In this document: positions 22,892 through 36,237 of the stretch, in pieces
How positions within the stretch are numbered: the stretch's first letter is position 1
How the letters are laid out: every line of letters starts with the position of its first letter
Assembly: GCA_025594325.1 (NCBI GenBank)
Contig: JANHCV010000003.1
Span: 124,001 to 188,000 of the forward strand
Length of the DNA stretch: 64,000 nt
Direction: 5' to 3'
Source of the DNA: Blastocladiella emersonii ATCC 22665
Lineage: Eukaryota; Fungi; Blastocladiomycota
Position numbers and translations under genes: made by a program
The notes under the pieces: model-generated
Told to the model about the DNA's origin: nothing
What the model saw: only the letters and a program-made list of their open reading frames with translations
Databases searched by the model: none

Positions 22892-24130
22892 ATGACCGCG
22901 CTCCCGCCCGACCTCCCGCAGTACATTGCCAACGCTCTGGCACGGAGTACGCCGCGCGACCCCATGCAACTGCAATGAAGTGAACCCGTGTCTCACAAAC
23001 ACCCCCGCGGCGGCGTAGCCAAGTGCGACACGATCGAGGACGTGCTGCTGCACTCGTCGAGCGAACTGGGCGCCAAGCTGCACGTCTCGGCGGCCGAGGT
23101 GACGCGGCTGCGGTCCCACCTCGCCGCCGCGCTCGCGGGCCCACCGCCACCAGGCGCACCGCCGCCGCACTTCACCGACGCGTTCGCGGGCCTACACGCC
23201 GCGACCGCCGCGCAGCTCGTGGCGCGGCACACGCGGCTGGCGACGGGCGACACCGCGCTCGACTCCCTGTTCTGCGGCGGGCTCCCCGCGCCAGGCGTCG
23301 TGGACCTCGCGGGCACGAGCGGCGCGGGCAAGACGCAGCTGTGCCTGCAGCTCGTGTGCCGCGCGCAGCATTCGGTGGAGCACGGCGGGCTCGCGGGCGG
23401 CGCCGTGTACATTTCGACCGAGGCGCAGTTCCCGATCGACCGGCTCCTGTCGCTCGCCGCGCACCAGTGTCCCGCGCTGTGCACGGACGCCGTGATCACC
23501 GAGAAGGTGGCCAACGCCGAGACCCTGATCCACCTCCTGCGGTACCAGGTCCCGCACTGGATCGGCGCCGCCAAGTACCCGGTCCGGTTGCTCGTCATCG
23601 ACTCGGTCGCGGCCCTCTTCCGCGGCGCGGGCGCCGACGACGCCATGAGCCGCGCGGGCGCGCGCCGCTCCGCGCTCGCTGAGCTCGCGAGGACCCTGCA
23701 CAAGCTCGCGGACGTGTACTCCCTGTGCGTCGTGGCCGTCAACCAGGTCAGCGCCGACTGGCACGCCGACGAGCGCGCGGCCGCCGCCCGCGGGATCGCG
23801 TACCCGCACCTCGACACGGCGCCCGTCCTCGACCGCGGACAGGCGGACCCGCGCGTGTTTGACGCGACAACGGGCGCGCGACGGGTTAGTGCAGTTAACG
23901 CGTACCCGGCGAGCTACGCGCGGCCGGATGTGGTCCCCGCGCTCGGCATGCAGTGGGCGAGGGCCGTCCGTCACCGCGTGTTGTTGGTGAGGATGGGGAA
24001 CGGCGACCGCGTCGCGCACGTCCTGGGCGGGTTCGGGGTCAGGGCGACGCCCGAGTCGGGCCGCCGCGTCGTGTTCCGTCTCGGCGAGCAAGGGGTCGAG
24101 GGCGAACTCGTAGAGGGCGAGGTTGTATGA
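22892..24130 (+). CDS. XRCC3: RAD51 paralog, XRCC3/Rad57-like
   Basis: Walker A GTSGAGKTQLCLQL, AVYISTE, Walker B LLVIDSVAALFR, VNQV; intron 22947-23018. Confidence 0.85.
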
Positions 24131-24150
24131 TACAATTTATTCTTCTACTA

Positions 24151-26191
24151 CTACTGTTCTGCTTCTGTCCCACTCGCCGCCGCCGCCGGCGTCGCAAACT
24201 CGAGCGGGACAACCGACTTATCCTCCCACACCTGTCCGCCGTTCGCAGGCCACCCGTGGATCCCGGCACGGTGCCAGACGAACGCGGGGACGCCCATATC
24301 CGCGAGGAACAGCTCGCCCGTGACGTCCCTCGACCGCAGCCCGGCCTTGGGGATCCCGATCGCGATCGTCCACTTGGGCCGGACGCAGTGCGGCGGGAAC
24401 GTGACGGCGCCCGAGGTCGCGTCGATCCCGGACGGCACGTCCGTCGACAGCACGGGCACGCCGAGCGCGTTGGTCCACGCCATCAGGTCGCACACGAACG
24501 CGCGGTCGTCGTCGTTCGCGATCTCGCGCAGCGAGTACAGCCCGAGCAGGCCGTCGACGATCATGTCGACAGGGACGCCCGCGGGGAGGTCGTCGACGTC
24601 GGCGAGCGCGGGGACGTTGACGGCGGAGAGCATGCGTAGCTGGTGGACCAGCGCGTGGTGCGTCGCGGCGGTGCTGGCGAGGAGTACCGAGACGCGCGCG
24701 CCGCGGGAGACGAGGAACCGGCCAGCCGCGGCCGTGTACGCGCCGTTCTTGTTGTCGCCGCACAGAAGGACCACGTGCGGCGGCGAGTTGTGGTTGCGCG
24801 CGGCGAAGCGCCGGTTGCCGCCTACGAAGTTGCGCGGTTAGTGCGGGGATGGTGATAGGGTTTGAGGGAAAGCGTACCGAGCGCCTGCAGAATCATCATG
24901 GACACGCTGCGGCCGGCGTTCTCGGTCATGAGGTCCTCGGAGACAAAGGCCTCGGTCTGGGCGACTAGACACGCGGGAGCGGAGAAGCGTGAGCAACTGA
25001 CTCGTCACAGACTCGCGAGAAGGAACGTACTCCGCTCAGCCTCGATCATCTGCAGCGCGGTGGCGGTCGGGACGGCGCATCCAAAGTGGGTGCGGATGTT
25101 GGCGGTGGCGATATCGACCTCGGGGAAGACGGACTTTCGTCTGCGCAGCTTGGTGAGTTTGGGCGTGGTGCCCGTGCCGGTCGTGGTGGCCGTGTCGCTG
25201 CCGGAGACGGGCGCCGATGTCGCCGACCTGCTCGCGGCGGACCCGTTGGCGGGCGCGAGCACGTTCTCGGTCGGCGCGAGCTTGGCCTGCATCGGATCGC
25301 GCCGGTTGATGGCGACGAGGCGGGCTTCGGGCGCGATCGTGTCTGCGCGCTGTGTCGAGCGGTCAGTCGCCAGCGCGGCAAGGGTACGCCGAAGAAACGT
25401 ACGCGGATCTCGTCAAACACAGTCTTCTTATCGAACCGGTCGAGGTTGGCCTGGAAGTCAAACTCCGAGTCGTGGTAGTCGCTGACATCCCCGAGATTCC
25501 ACGTGTCGTGGGCCGAGTCGAGGTGGGACCGGCGATAGTCGTTGTTGTTGTTGTTGTTCCGGCGCGGCGACCCGCCCTGGTACAGCGTGCGCTGGGCGTG
25601 CGGACGGCGCGACCGCGGGCGCGGGCCGTCGGCGTCGGTCGCGGACGTGTCCGACTCGCACGTGTCGACGGTCGGGATCACGCCCGCGCGCCGGCCCGAG
25701 GGCAGCGTCGAGGTCGTGAACTGGCGCACAGCGACGCTGGGTGAGCCGCCTGACGAAGCGCCGGGGCCGCGCGAGAAGGATAGGATCGCGGGGTCATGGA
25801 ACTCGGTGTCGGTGGCGGGAGACACGAGCTCGGGCTCAGTTTCGGGTTCGGGCGCCTGCGTCGGCGGCTGGGCAGCGATAGGTACGGGTACAGCTGTGGC
25901 AGCGGCAGCGGCAGCGGCGCCGGGTGTCCTGTGGTCGGCGAGGATCTGGAGGTCGGCAATGTCGCGGCCGGGGATCTCGAGGGCGACGAGCTGGGTCTCG
26001 CGGTCGTTGAGCTTGGCGGTGACTGTGCGTGAGGGTCAGTGATACATCGTGCGAGAGAGCGTCCAGCAGAGCGCCCACACACCGTTGGCGAGCGACAGCG
26101 TGCGCGTGGCCGGGTCGACGTTGGCGACGACGCCGCGCACGTCGATGCCCGACGCCGTGGTGACGCAGACGAGGAAGCCGACAAACTCCAT
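24151..26191 (-). CDS. EDC3: Enhancer of mRNA decapping 3 (LSm + FDF + YjeF_N), multi-exon
   Basis: N-terminal LSm (MEFVGFLVCVTTASG..GVVANVD), EFDFQANLDRFDKKTVF, LMTENAGRS, YjeF_N (DMIVDGLLG, VLSTDVPSG, LADMGVP). Confidence 0.93.
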
Positions 26192-26432
26192 TCGGTGGCG
26201 TTAACTAGTTGAAGGGGGTGGGGGAGCAGGAGAAGCGGGGCGATCGGCGCGACGAAAAGAGTTGGGCGCGGTCACCGCGTCCGTCAGGTGATGCACTCTG
26301 CGGCCGAGTCGACTCGCGCCTCGACGCTCGACCCGCTTCCCCCTCCCCTAATCGCTACGTCTACGAAGCATCCGCAGCCCCCACTTGGTGCACCGGCACC
26401 GCATGAAGCTCTTGTCCGCGGATCCCTGAACC

Positions 26433-28340
26433 ATGCATCCGCACCGGCCCTACGGTGCGCTCCACCTTGTCACCTCGACCACCGACCCGTGCTCAACCCG
26501 CCCGTCCCGTGTAGGCCCACCCGGCTACCCGCCGCCGCCGCCTCCGGGCTCGTTTCCGGGGCAGGCGGTCCCGCCGTTCCCGTTCCCGCCGCCGCCCGGG
26601 ATGGCCGGCATGCCGTTCCCGCCCCCGCCGCCGGGCATGCACGCCGCGGCCGTGCCGCAGTTCCATCACGGCCACCCGCCACCGCCGCCGCCCGGCCACC
26701 ACCACGGGATGCCGCCGCGCCCGCCCATGCCGCCGCACGGCCACCATCACGGTCACCATGGCCACGGGCACCACCATCCGCCTCCCCCACCGCGCGGGTA
26801 CCACCCCGCGCCTCCCCGCCAACAACCGCCGCCTCCCCCTCAAACGCAGCCGTCGCTCGCGCACGTGCGCCCGTCGAGCATCCCGGGGTTCACCGACACC
26901 GAGGTCGAGAAGATGTGCAAGCTGTTCGTCGGCAACCTTTCCGCGGGCGTCGGCGACGAGTGGATCGAGCGCATCCTGCAGGCGTGCGGCACCGTGCGCG
27001 AGTGGAAGCGCGTGCGCGGCGCCGACGGGAAGCCGAAAGGGTTCGGGTTCGTCACGTTCGCTGACCCGGCGAGCGTGCTCCGCGCGCTCGATGTGCTGGG
27101 TGGTGAGTCGGCCAGCGATAAGCAGCCGCTCGAGTTGCCCAGCATGGACCGGACGCCGTGGAAGCGGTTGCTGGTGCGTCTCACTGACTGTGTAGGGTGA
27201 CGACGTGAGCTCACTCCGATTGCCTGCGTGTGTAGCTCAAGTCTGACGAAAACTCGAAGCGCCTGCTCGACCGCTTCCGCACCGCGCGCGGCCTGCAGAC
27301 GGTACGCTCTTCCCCCAACTCACATCCTTGTCGAGCCCTCACACTCAATCGACTTGTAGGACCGCGAGCAAGACCGCGCCGTGCGCCGCCGCGTCGAGGA
27401 CGTGATCTCGTCCCTGCGCGACCTCGCGCCACCGCGCCCTGACGACGACCGGTCGGACCGCGACCGGGAACGCGAGCGTGAGCGCGACCGTGACTCGCGG
27501 GATCGGGATTCGCGGGATTCACGGGACCCGCGTCGCCGCGACCAGCGCGACCCGCGCCGCCCCGACTCGTCCGCGTCGAGCTACCGCCCGAGCCCCGGCC
27601 CCGGTACCTCGTCGCGCGGCGAGCCCACGCCCGAACCCGTCGTCGTCCCGCCCGCCCACCGCGGTCCGCCCGCGCCGTCCAAGCTGACGGCGGTGCGGCC
27701 CGAGGCGCGCCAGAGCTTTGTCGAGGTCGAGGAGGGCGAGGTCGCTGCCCCGAAGCCCGCGCCCTCAAGTGTGGCCTCCAGCGCGCCGCGTAAGCTCGGG
27801 TTCTCGCTCAGCAGTTCTGGATCAACCGCGCGGCCCGGGTTCTCGCTCGGCAAGCCGGGCGGTGCCGGCGGCGCCAAGCTCGGGTTCAGTCTCGCGAAGC
27901 CGAAACAGGGCGCTGGCGGCGGGAGCGGGTCGTCGACGCCGCGCGGCGCGTCATCCGCCACGATCGGCAGCAGTTCGGCGCTCCTGGGCGGCGACGACGA
28001 CGAGGAGGCCGAGTCGGCATTGCAGCGTGCGCGGTCGCGCATGATCAAGAAGCTGACGTACGCCGAGGTGCCCGAGACGACGGCAGGCGTGCTCGCGCAC
28101 CCGGTGCGGTGGGCTGGGCTCACGGACGACGCGGCTGCGGCCGTCCAGACGGCCGTCCTCAAGCGCGTCGCCGAGTATTTGGGGGAGGACGACGACGATC
28201 TCGCCGAGTACCTCGTGCAGGCGGTCCACGCGCACACGCCCGCGCGCGATGTCGCGGCCGAGCTCCGCGCCGCGTTTCTGGAGGACGCGGACGAGTTTGT
28301 CGCTGGCGTGTACCGCGAGGTGATCCGCGCGACCATGTGA
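26433..28340 (+). CDS. RBM25: U1 snRNP-associated RBM25/Snu71-like protein (Pro-rich, RRM, RD-rich, PWI)
   Basis: RRM KLFVGNLS..KPKGFGFVTF, Arg/Asp tract, C-terminal PWI-like EYLGEDDDDLAEYL..DADEFVAGVYR; several short introns. Confidence 0.85.
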
Positions 28341-28378
28341 TGGTGAAGGATTGGGGGTTATATACATGTGCTCACGGC

Positions 28379-28716
28379 TTACCACCTGCGCTTCATCTAC
28401 TCGAAGAAGGGGTTAGGGCCGTCGATGTGCGAGCGCAGAGATCGAACGGGAGGACAGCGTACCTGGCGCGTCATGCACGCCTTGAACGACTCGAACTCCT
28501 TGGCGCACATGTCCTTGCGCACGTCCTTGTAGCCGTCGGTGATGCACTTGCCGTACGCGGCGCCCTGTACGTGAGGGGGGAGTGAGTGGCTGGTCGGTGC
28601 GTAGGCAGGAGCGAACGCACCTCGGCGCTGCACTTTGCCGCGGCGTCGGCAAACTGGCGGATCCCCTTGCCGACCTGCGGGACGGCGCGCTTGAGCGGGG
28701 CGGGCGGATTCGTCAT
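28379..28716 (-). CDS. NDUFAF8: Small twin-Cx9C mitochondrial protein, NDUFAF8-like
   Basis: Spliced product ..FADAAAKCSAEGAAYGKCITDGYKDVRKDMCAKEFESFKACMTRQMKRRW; introns 28620-28565 and 28462-28397. Confidence 0.75.
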
Positions 28717-29073
28717 TCTTCCTTGCTAGTTGCAGCGAGTCGGGTCGCGCGATCGGCGGGGCGGGTCACCTGGGCGGGGAGGGAGAGGCGACCGCGAGAC
28801 GCGAGACACATCACGGGCGAAAATTGTGGCGCGGCGGGATCAGGTGATGCGGCCCAGTCTCGCGTCTCTCTTCCTTGGCGTCGCCGCTCTCGCCCTCCCT
28901 CTCTCTCTCTGCCCACGCGCGCGCAAGAGCCGCTCACTCGCTGCAACGAATCACGCCGCCGCACTTTGCGCACCCGTCACGTTGGGACTGCGCTGCTCGC
29001 GTCGTAAATACCGCCACCGCGTCCGCCCCGCCGACCGACCTGACGCGCTGGCTGCGCCACCCCGCTATCCACC

Positions 29074-32000
29074 ATGTGGATCACGCCGGCGCCCGTCACC
29101 ATCACGGCGCTGTGGGACGACGTCAAGTCCAACGACTACTTTCTGCTGCAGAAGACCAAGGAGTACGAGTCGCGCCTCGTCAAGAACCTGCTCGGCACCC
29201 TGCAGAACGTCTTCGACACCAAGCAGCAGCCCTTCCGCATCATCCTCAAGACGCCGACCCGCGGGCTTGACAATGGATACGTCGTCGCCGTCGCCGACTC
29301 GCTCAAGGACATCGAGGTCAACTGGCGCTGGATCATGGGTATGCTGGTCGTGGCAGTTGGTGTGACGCGGGCGTGAGCTGATCGCTCTTTGCGTGTAGAG
29401 AACCTCGTCAACGAGATGAACGTCCTCCGCGACCGCGACGAGCGCGAGTCCTACGTCATTACCAAGTTCCAGGCGCTGGTCGCCGAGATCGGTAACCTCT
29501 CTGTCCGTACCCTCGCGCGACCATCCCACTGACTCGCGATCCCTCCGTAGACAAGACCATGGACGAGGGCGTCAAGGACGAGAAGATCCGCCAGGCCGCG
29601 CGGTCCTGGCGCAAGTCGTTTGACGTGCCCGAGTCGGAGCGCTTGCTCAACTGTACGTGTACCCACCCACCCCCACCCGCACCGCCACCCGCTCACCCAT
29701 CACACCCGTCTAGTCTACGCCGCCGCGTTCCGCAAAAACGGCATGCAGCAGGGCTGGATGTACATATCGGAAAACTACCTCGCCTTCTACGCCTTTGTGC
29801 TTGGCACCGAGACCAAGCTCTTTGTCGAGTTCAAGGAGATTGTCGAGCTGAAAAAGGACAAGTCGCGCTCGGGCCTCATCAACGACTCGATCCGCATCTC
29901 GCTCAAGAACGGCGACGTCCTCGCCTTCTCCAACCTGTTCCACCGCGACGAGACCTTTGACCTCCTCGAGTCGCTCTGCGCCAAGGCCATGCAGCGCCTG
30001 CTCAAGGCCGGCACCGCCAACTCGGCCCCCGGCCGCGCCCTCCCCGCCGACGGCGCGGCCGCGCACCCGATTGGCGAGATCGAGATCAACCTCGGCCCCA
30101 CCACGGCCGACGGCGCCTCCGCCAGCGCAGCTGCGCCCGGCGGCACCGACCCTTCGGACCTGCAGTCGTCCATCAAGGCGCAGCGCAAGAACGCCGCGTA
30201 CACGACGCAGTTCAACCTGCCGCCGTCCGAGCACGTCATGGCCGAGTGCGAGATCATCTTCAACATGGCGGGCCTGCCCGAGTCGTTTGGCAAACTGTAC
30301 CTGTCCGAGACGTTCCTGTGTTTCGCGACCGAGCGCGAGGACGTGTCCTTCTCGCTCCCGCTCTTCGCCGTGAAACGCGTCGAGCGCGTCAACGTCAAGA
30401 GCGAGGTGCAGCTCGTCATCGAGACGTGGCACGCGACCAAGCTGCAGCTGTCGCTGTTCCTCGACAAGCTCGCGCTTGCGCGCTTCTGCACGGTCCTGCG
30501 CGACAACCTGCGCGCGCAGTCGGCCAACGTCAAGAGCCTGTCGGCGTTCCTCGGGACCTGCACCACCGAGGCCCTGCTCGTCGGCAAGAAGCACGCCGAC
30601 CCGCACGGCCTCGGCGTCACGTTCGGGTACCCGCAGGCGACCAAGTCCAAGGACAAGCAGAAGCTCAAGGCGTGGCTCACGTACTGCCGCGAGCGCGGGC
30701 GGCACATCAGCATGGTCCGCACGCCCATGTTCACGCGCCTCATCCACATCGGGATCCCGAACCGCCTCCGCGGCGAGGTCTGGGAGCTCGCGTCCGGCGC
30801 CGTCTACCTCCGCTGCACCAACCCCGGGTTCTATGCCAAGCTGCTCGACGATAACAAGGACAAGAAGTCCTTTTCGCTCGAGGAAATCGAAAAGGACCTC
30901 AACCGCTCGCTCCCCGAGTACCCGGCGTACCAGGAGGCCAAGGGGATCGACTCGCTGCGCCGCGTGCTCATGGCGTACTCGTGGAAGGACCCTGGTACGG
31001 TTTCTCGTCGCTCACTGGCCTCCGTCGCCGCACTAACACCTCGCCGTCCATCTGTAGAGCTCGGCTACTGCCAGGCCATGAACCTGATCGTGTCGGCGCT
31101 GCTCATCTACATGTCCGAGGAGCAGGCGTTCTGGACCATCTGCGTGCTGTGCGACCGCGTGCTGCCCGGCTACTACAGCACCACCATGGTCGGCGCCCAG
31201 ATCGACTCGCACGTATTCGAGTCGTTCATCGAAAAGTTCCTCCCGCCCATCGCCGCCCACATCAAGAAGTACGACATCCAGCTGTCGGTCGCGTGCCTCT
31301 CCTGGTTCCTCTCCATCTTCATCAACACGCTCCCGCTCTACCACGCGTTTCGCGTCCTCGACTGTACGTGTTCGCGCGGGTGTGGGGTTGGTGGGGGCTG
31401 ACGAGCGGGCGCGGCGGTGTAGGCTTCTTCCTCGACGGCCCGCGCGTGCTGTTCCAGGTCGCCCTCGCGATCCTCAAGCTCAACGTACGTGGAGTCGGTC
31501 ACATCGCACGACGACCTGAACTGACTGACACACGTGCACCCGGTCTAGTCCGACGCGATCCTCAAGGTGCAGGACGACGGCATGCTGCTGCACGTCTTCA
31601 AGGTCTACTTCGCGTCGCTCGACGAGCCCATCGGGTCGGGCAAGGCGACCAAGTTCGACCAGCTCCTGTTCACGGCGCTGCGCGAGTTCCGCGGGGTCAC
31701 GACCGAGATGGTGCACGACGCGCGGCGCGCGCACCAGCTCAAGGTCGTGCACGGCATCGAGAGCTTCAAGAAGCGGTCGGTGATCCGTAACCTGCGCGAC
31801 CCGAGCAAGTTCACGCGCCCGCAGCTCGACTGGCTCTGGGAGTGCTACTCGGGCGTCCTCTTCTACGGCAACCGCCGCGGCGACGCCAAGCTCGCCGACT
31901 CGGAGATTGGGCTCGAGCAGTTCGCCCGGCTCCTCGGTCTCGTCACGACGTGGGGCAGGCTGTCGGCGACCGAGATCTCGCAGGCGTTTGGCGGATCCGC

Positions 32001-33549
32001 GGCTTCCACGGCGGCGGCAGCGGCGGCAACCCCGACCTCGCCCTCGTCCGCCATCACGGGCGCGTACCTCGTCGAGCTCCTGTTCCGGTTCATGGACACA
32101 GACGCGAACGGCAGCCTCGGGTTCCAGGACCTCGTCACGGGGCTCGGCAAGCTCGTCTTCACGGACCTCAACGGCCGCATGGAGCGGTTCTTCGAGATCC
32201 ACGACACGGACAAGGACGGCCAGCTCGCGCGCGAAGACGTCCTGCGCGTCTCCGAGTCGCTCCTGTTCATCTTCCGCAACGAGAAGACGGCCGAGGAGGA
32301 CGTGCATCTCAACGCCGTGTCCAACTTCCTACGCGTCGCGTTCCACATGGCCGAGGCGGCGCCCGCACCGGCCGCGGCGGCGGTGGCGGACGCGGCGCCT
32401 GCGCAGGTGGCCGAGTCGACGCCGGCTGTCGAAACCCCACCAGCACCAGTCGCTGATGCTGCTGCCGTCGAACCCGCGCCGGCTGCCGCGGGCGATGCAT
32501 CCGCACCCGCCGCGACGACCGAGACCACGATGACGGACCCGCTGCTGAACCCTCCTCCCGCGCCAGCAGAGCCAGCAGCAGCCGACCCCGCCCCCGCACC
32601 AGTCCCCGAACCGACTCCAAACGACCAGCCTGCCGCCGAGCAGGACATCATCGTGTCAATGCCGGCATTCCGCGCGACGCTGCTGACGGACCCGGTCCTC
32701 GAGTACCTGTTCCACGAGGGCCTGGTGCGCTCGTTCATCCTGGTCGCGCCCGCGCGGTCCACCGACTCGTCCTCGTCCGCAGGAGCGCCCGCCGAGGAGC
32801 GCAGCGTGCTCGACTCGCTGTTCAAGGGCGGCAAGCGGTTCGCCAACGTCGTCAAGGTCAACGTGTCCGAGGCCAAGAAGCGCAGCTCCGACATGGTCAA
32901 GGAGCTCGACGAGCGGCGCCGCCGCGAGGCCGCCGAGCGCCAGGCGCGCCGCGCCGCCAGTGTCAAGTCGGCGACGTCGGATACCGAAGGCGAGGGCGGC
33001 GCGCGCGAGGCCGGCGTCGACGACGAGGACAGCAGCCTCGTGCTCGTTGAGAAAGGCGCCACGTCGCCCACCGCGGGGTCGGGGTCGGGGTCGGGCCCGC
33101 CGTCGCCGACCAAGTCGGCCAAGTCGACGACCAGCTCGACCACGGGTGCTGCGCCGTCGGCGGCGCGCGACAAGTCGACGCTGCAGATGCTCAGCGAGGT
33201 GGACAAGTTCCTGGACCAGCTCGGGTTCGACGACGACGACTCGCCCGCGTCGACGCCCGCGGCGTCGCGCCTCGAGCTTCACCAGACGTCGGCGCTCGGC
33301 CACAGCGACCGCGAGGAGAACAACCCGGGCCGCCTCGTCCGCAACGAGTCGAGTTTGTCCGTCGTCGCCGACACCAAGTCGTCGCTCGACGACTTTACCC
33401 GGCTCGTCGGCGATATCCGGTCCAGCAACCAGGACCTCAAGTCTCTCGTCCCCGACACGCCGACCGTCGGCACCCCAGCGACGGCGGTCGCGCAGGCGTC
33501 CGGCAAGGTGCCCGAGAAGAGCGAGCTCAAGCAGGCGCTGCTCGGATAG
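29074..33549 (+). CDS. GYP2: Rab-GAP with GRAM, TBC and EF-hand domains (Gyp2/Mdr1, TBC1D8/9-like)
   Basis: GRAM (GWMYISENYLAF; GKLYLSETFLCF), TBC (GIPNRLRGEVW, EIEKDLNRS, GYCQAMN), EF-hand FEIHDTDKDGQLARED; 5 introns. Confidence 0.9.
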
Positions 33550-34237
33550 AAGTGTGCTATGTCGTGTCGATGGATGACTGTGCTGTGCGGATCGAAGTTC
33601 ATAAATGTTCTCTCTTCGCGATCGAATCTCGATGCCATCGGCCGAGGGCGCGCGGTGGTCATGGCCACGCACAAGAACACCAGGTTCAGTGACATGAACA
33701 CGTCCATGGCCATTGCTCATTGCTCGGTGGCGAAGAGCGATGATGGCATCCGGGAGCAAGTCCGGGAAGATGGAGGTAAGCGTCGCCGGGGACTCGGAGG
33801 CAGTGCGCAACATGAGCACGCCAGTGACGCGTCTCACGTCATGTGATTCATGATCGGCAGCCAAGCCACAGTGCGAGACGCGCCACTCCGCTCGCCTCCC
33901 CCGCGCCTCACGGTGCTTGCGCTGGACTCTTTTGATGAAACGGCGACAAACACGACCGGTGGGCGTGGGCTAGGGCAAGCAACCGAAGCTTCGCCGGCGA
34001 CGCCGCACTCGAAGCATTGATAACCCTCGAGTGCCCCCGCACCGAGCTCGAGTTCCGCTTAGCCTCCGCTCCCGCTGACTCTACGACTACCGCTACGACG
34101 ACGACAACGACGACGGGTGTCGCTGTACATTACCCAACGGCCGACTCTTCGCCGCGGCCTCTCGAGCATTATCATCCGCATCAGCGCGCTGGCCGCCCGA
34201 TACACCATCCCCTCCCTGTACATTACAACGCGCAACC

Positions 34238-35877
34238 ATGGCCTTGCACAAGCGCACCATCCAGTTCTGGGTGTTCTGGATCACCTTCCAGGCGGGCCTA
34301 TTCTGGGCCGGCTACTTTAAGCAGAAGAATGACTTTGGTCTACGGGTACGCCGTCGCGAACCGTCGCGCTCGAGGTCGCCCGGCTGACACAGCATTCGCG
34401 AGTGTAGCTGCTCAATAAGCTCGGCCTGTCCGTGTTCACGAGCCGCGGCGCCGGCCTGTGTCTCGCCGTGACGTCGGCGCTCATGCTACTGCCCATGTGC
34501 CGCAACACCATGGGCCTGCTGCGCAAGACGCCGCTCGGGCGGATCATCCCGTTCGACGAGGGCATTTTCTTCCACAAGGTGTGCGCGTGGACCGTGCTCT
34601 TCTTCTCGGCGGTGCACACTGTACGTGCTCGTTTGGTCATCGATGAACTCGGGCGGGACTGACGAACGCGCGCGGAACGACAGAATGCGCACTACGTCAA
34701 CTTCTTCAACGTCGAGACGGTGCTCAAGGCGCTCAAGCTCAAGGCGTGGCACATCCACTACACGATGTGGGGCGGCGCGACGGGTCACGTCATGCTCATC
34801 GTCATGTTCTTCATGTACACGGCGGCGGCGACGCAGATGCGGCACCAGTCGTTCGAGACCTTCTGGTTCGTGCACCACCTCGCCATCATCTGGTACCTGT
34901 GCGTCTTCTTCCACGGGTATGGGTGCTTTGTCAAGACGGTCGAGGGCGAGTGCCGGCCCTACTACTCGTGGGCGTACTGCCTGGCCGTGTCGCTGCTGTA
35001 CCTCGGCGAGCGCCTGTACCGCGAGGTGCGCGGGCGGCGGCCGACGACCATCGAGAACGTGGTGCTGCACCCGGGCAACGCGCTCGAGATCCAGTTCAAC
35101 AAGCCGTCGATGCAGTATGAGCCCGGCCAGTACGTGTTCATCAACATCCCCGAGATTGCGCCCATGCAGTGGCACCCGTTCACGCTCACGTCGTGCCCCG
35201 AGGAGCGGTACGCGTCCGTGCACTGCCGCCTCGCCGGCGACTGGACCCGCGACGCGGCGCGCGTGCTCGGGTGCATGGGCGAGAAGCGCGACCCGCGCAC
35301 CGTGACGCTGCGCGTCGACGGGCCCTACGCGGCGCCCGCGGACCAGGTGTTCACGTACGACCACGCGATCCTGGTCGGCGCGGGTATCGGTGTCACGCCG
35401 TTCGCGTCGATCCTCAAATCCATGTACTTCAAGTACCAGAAGAACGACGCGACGCTGCGGCTCAAGAAGGCCGACTTCTTCTGGGTCAACCGCGACAAGG
35501 CGGCCTTCGAGTGGTTCCAGGCCGAGCTGGCCAACATCGAGAACATGCTGCCGTCGCACATGCTCAACTTCCACCTGTACCTGACCGAGAAGATGGACCT
35601 CAACTCGATCCACAACTACTGCATCAACTCGGGCAACGAGCTCGACCCGATCACGGACCTGCGCACCCGCATGTCGTTTGGCCGCCCCAACTGGGAGCAG
35701 GAGTTTGCCAAGATCCGCGACACGGCGCTCGCCGGCAACCGCGTCGGCCGCCGCGAGAAGCTCAAGATCGCCGTCTTCTTCTGTGGGCCCGCCGCCATTG
35801 CGCACTCGCTCGGCGACGCGTGCATCAACCTGTCGTCCAACCAGGTCGAGTTCTCCTTCTTCAAGGAGCACTTCTAA
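34238..35877 (+). CDS. NOXA: NADPH oxidase, fungal NoxA/Nox1 (gp91phox-like)
   Basis: GLSVFTSRGAG, heme His motifs (FHK..HT.AHYVNF; FWFVHHL), QWHPFTLTS, DGPY, GAGIGVTPFASIL, FFCGP, FFKEHF; introns 34346-34407 and 34621-34683. Confidence 0.92.
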
Positions 35878-35990
35878 CGCGTTGGGTACAAAGACTCATC
35901 ACCATCATCACCATCATCAATGTATTTATATCGTTTTGCGCAGCAGCTATGTTTGTTCACGTGTGGGTTGCCCCGCGAACACGCGACGCG

Positions 35991-36020
35991 GATGTCTCGC
36001 ATCACCTGAAACGGGACGCG
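35991..36020 (+). promoter_or_regulatory. Upstream element GATGTCTCGCATCACCTGAAACGGGACGCG before receptor C
   Basis: 29/30 identical to 37890-37919; its 3' 14 nt are identical to 40252-40265 before receptor E. Confidence 0.6.
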
Positions 36021-36237
36021 ACGCGCCTTTGACAAGGCCGTTCTTCCTTGGTTACCAGTGCGCGATCTCGCCTCAACCAATGCGACTGTTCGCAAATGTT
36101 CAAGTGGGAGGCGCGAACAAAGTGCATCCATGGCGGGGAACCCCATCGGCGCCCACCTCCCTGATCGCACCACATCCCCTTCGGTCCTCCGCTTCTCTCT
36201 GCTCCCTCGATACATGTAACTACACCAGATCAGCGGC

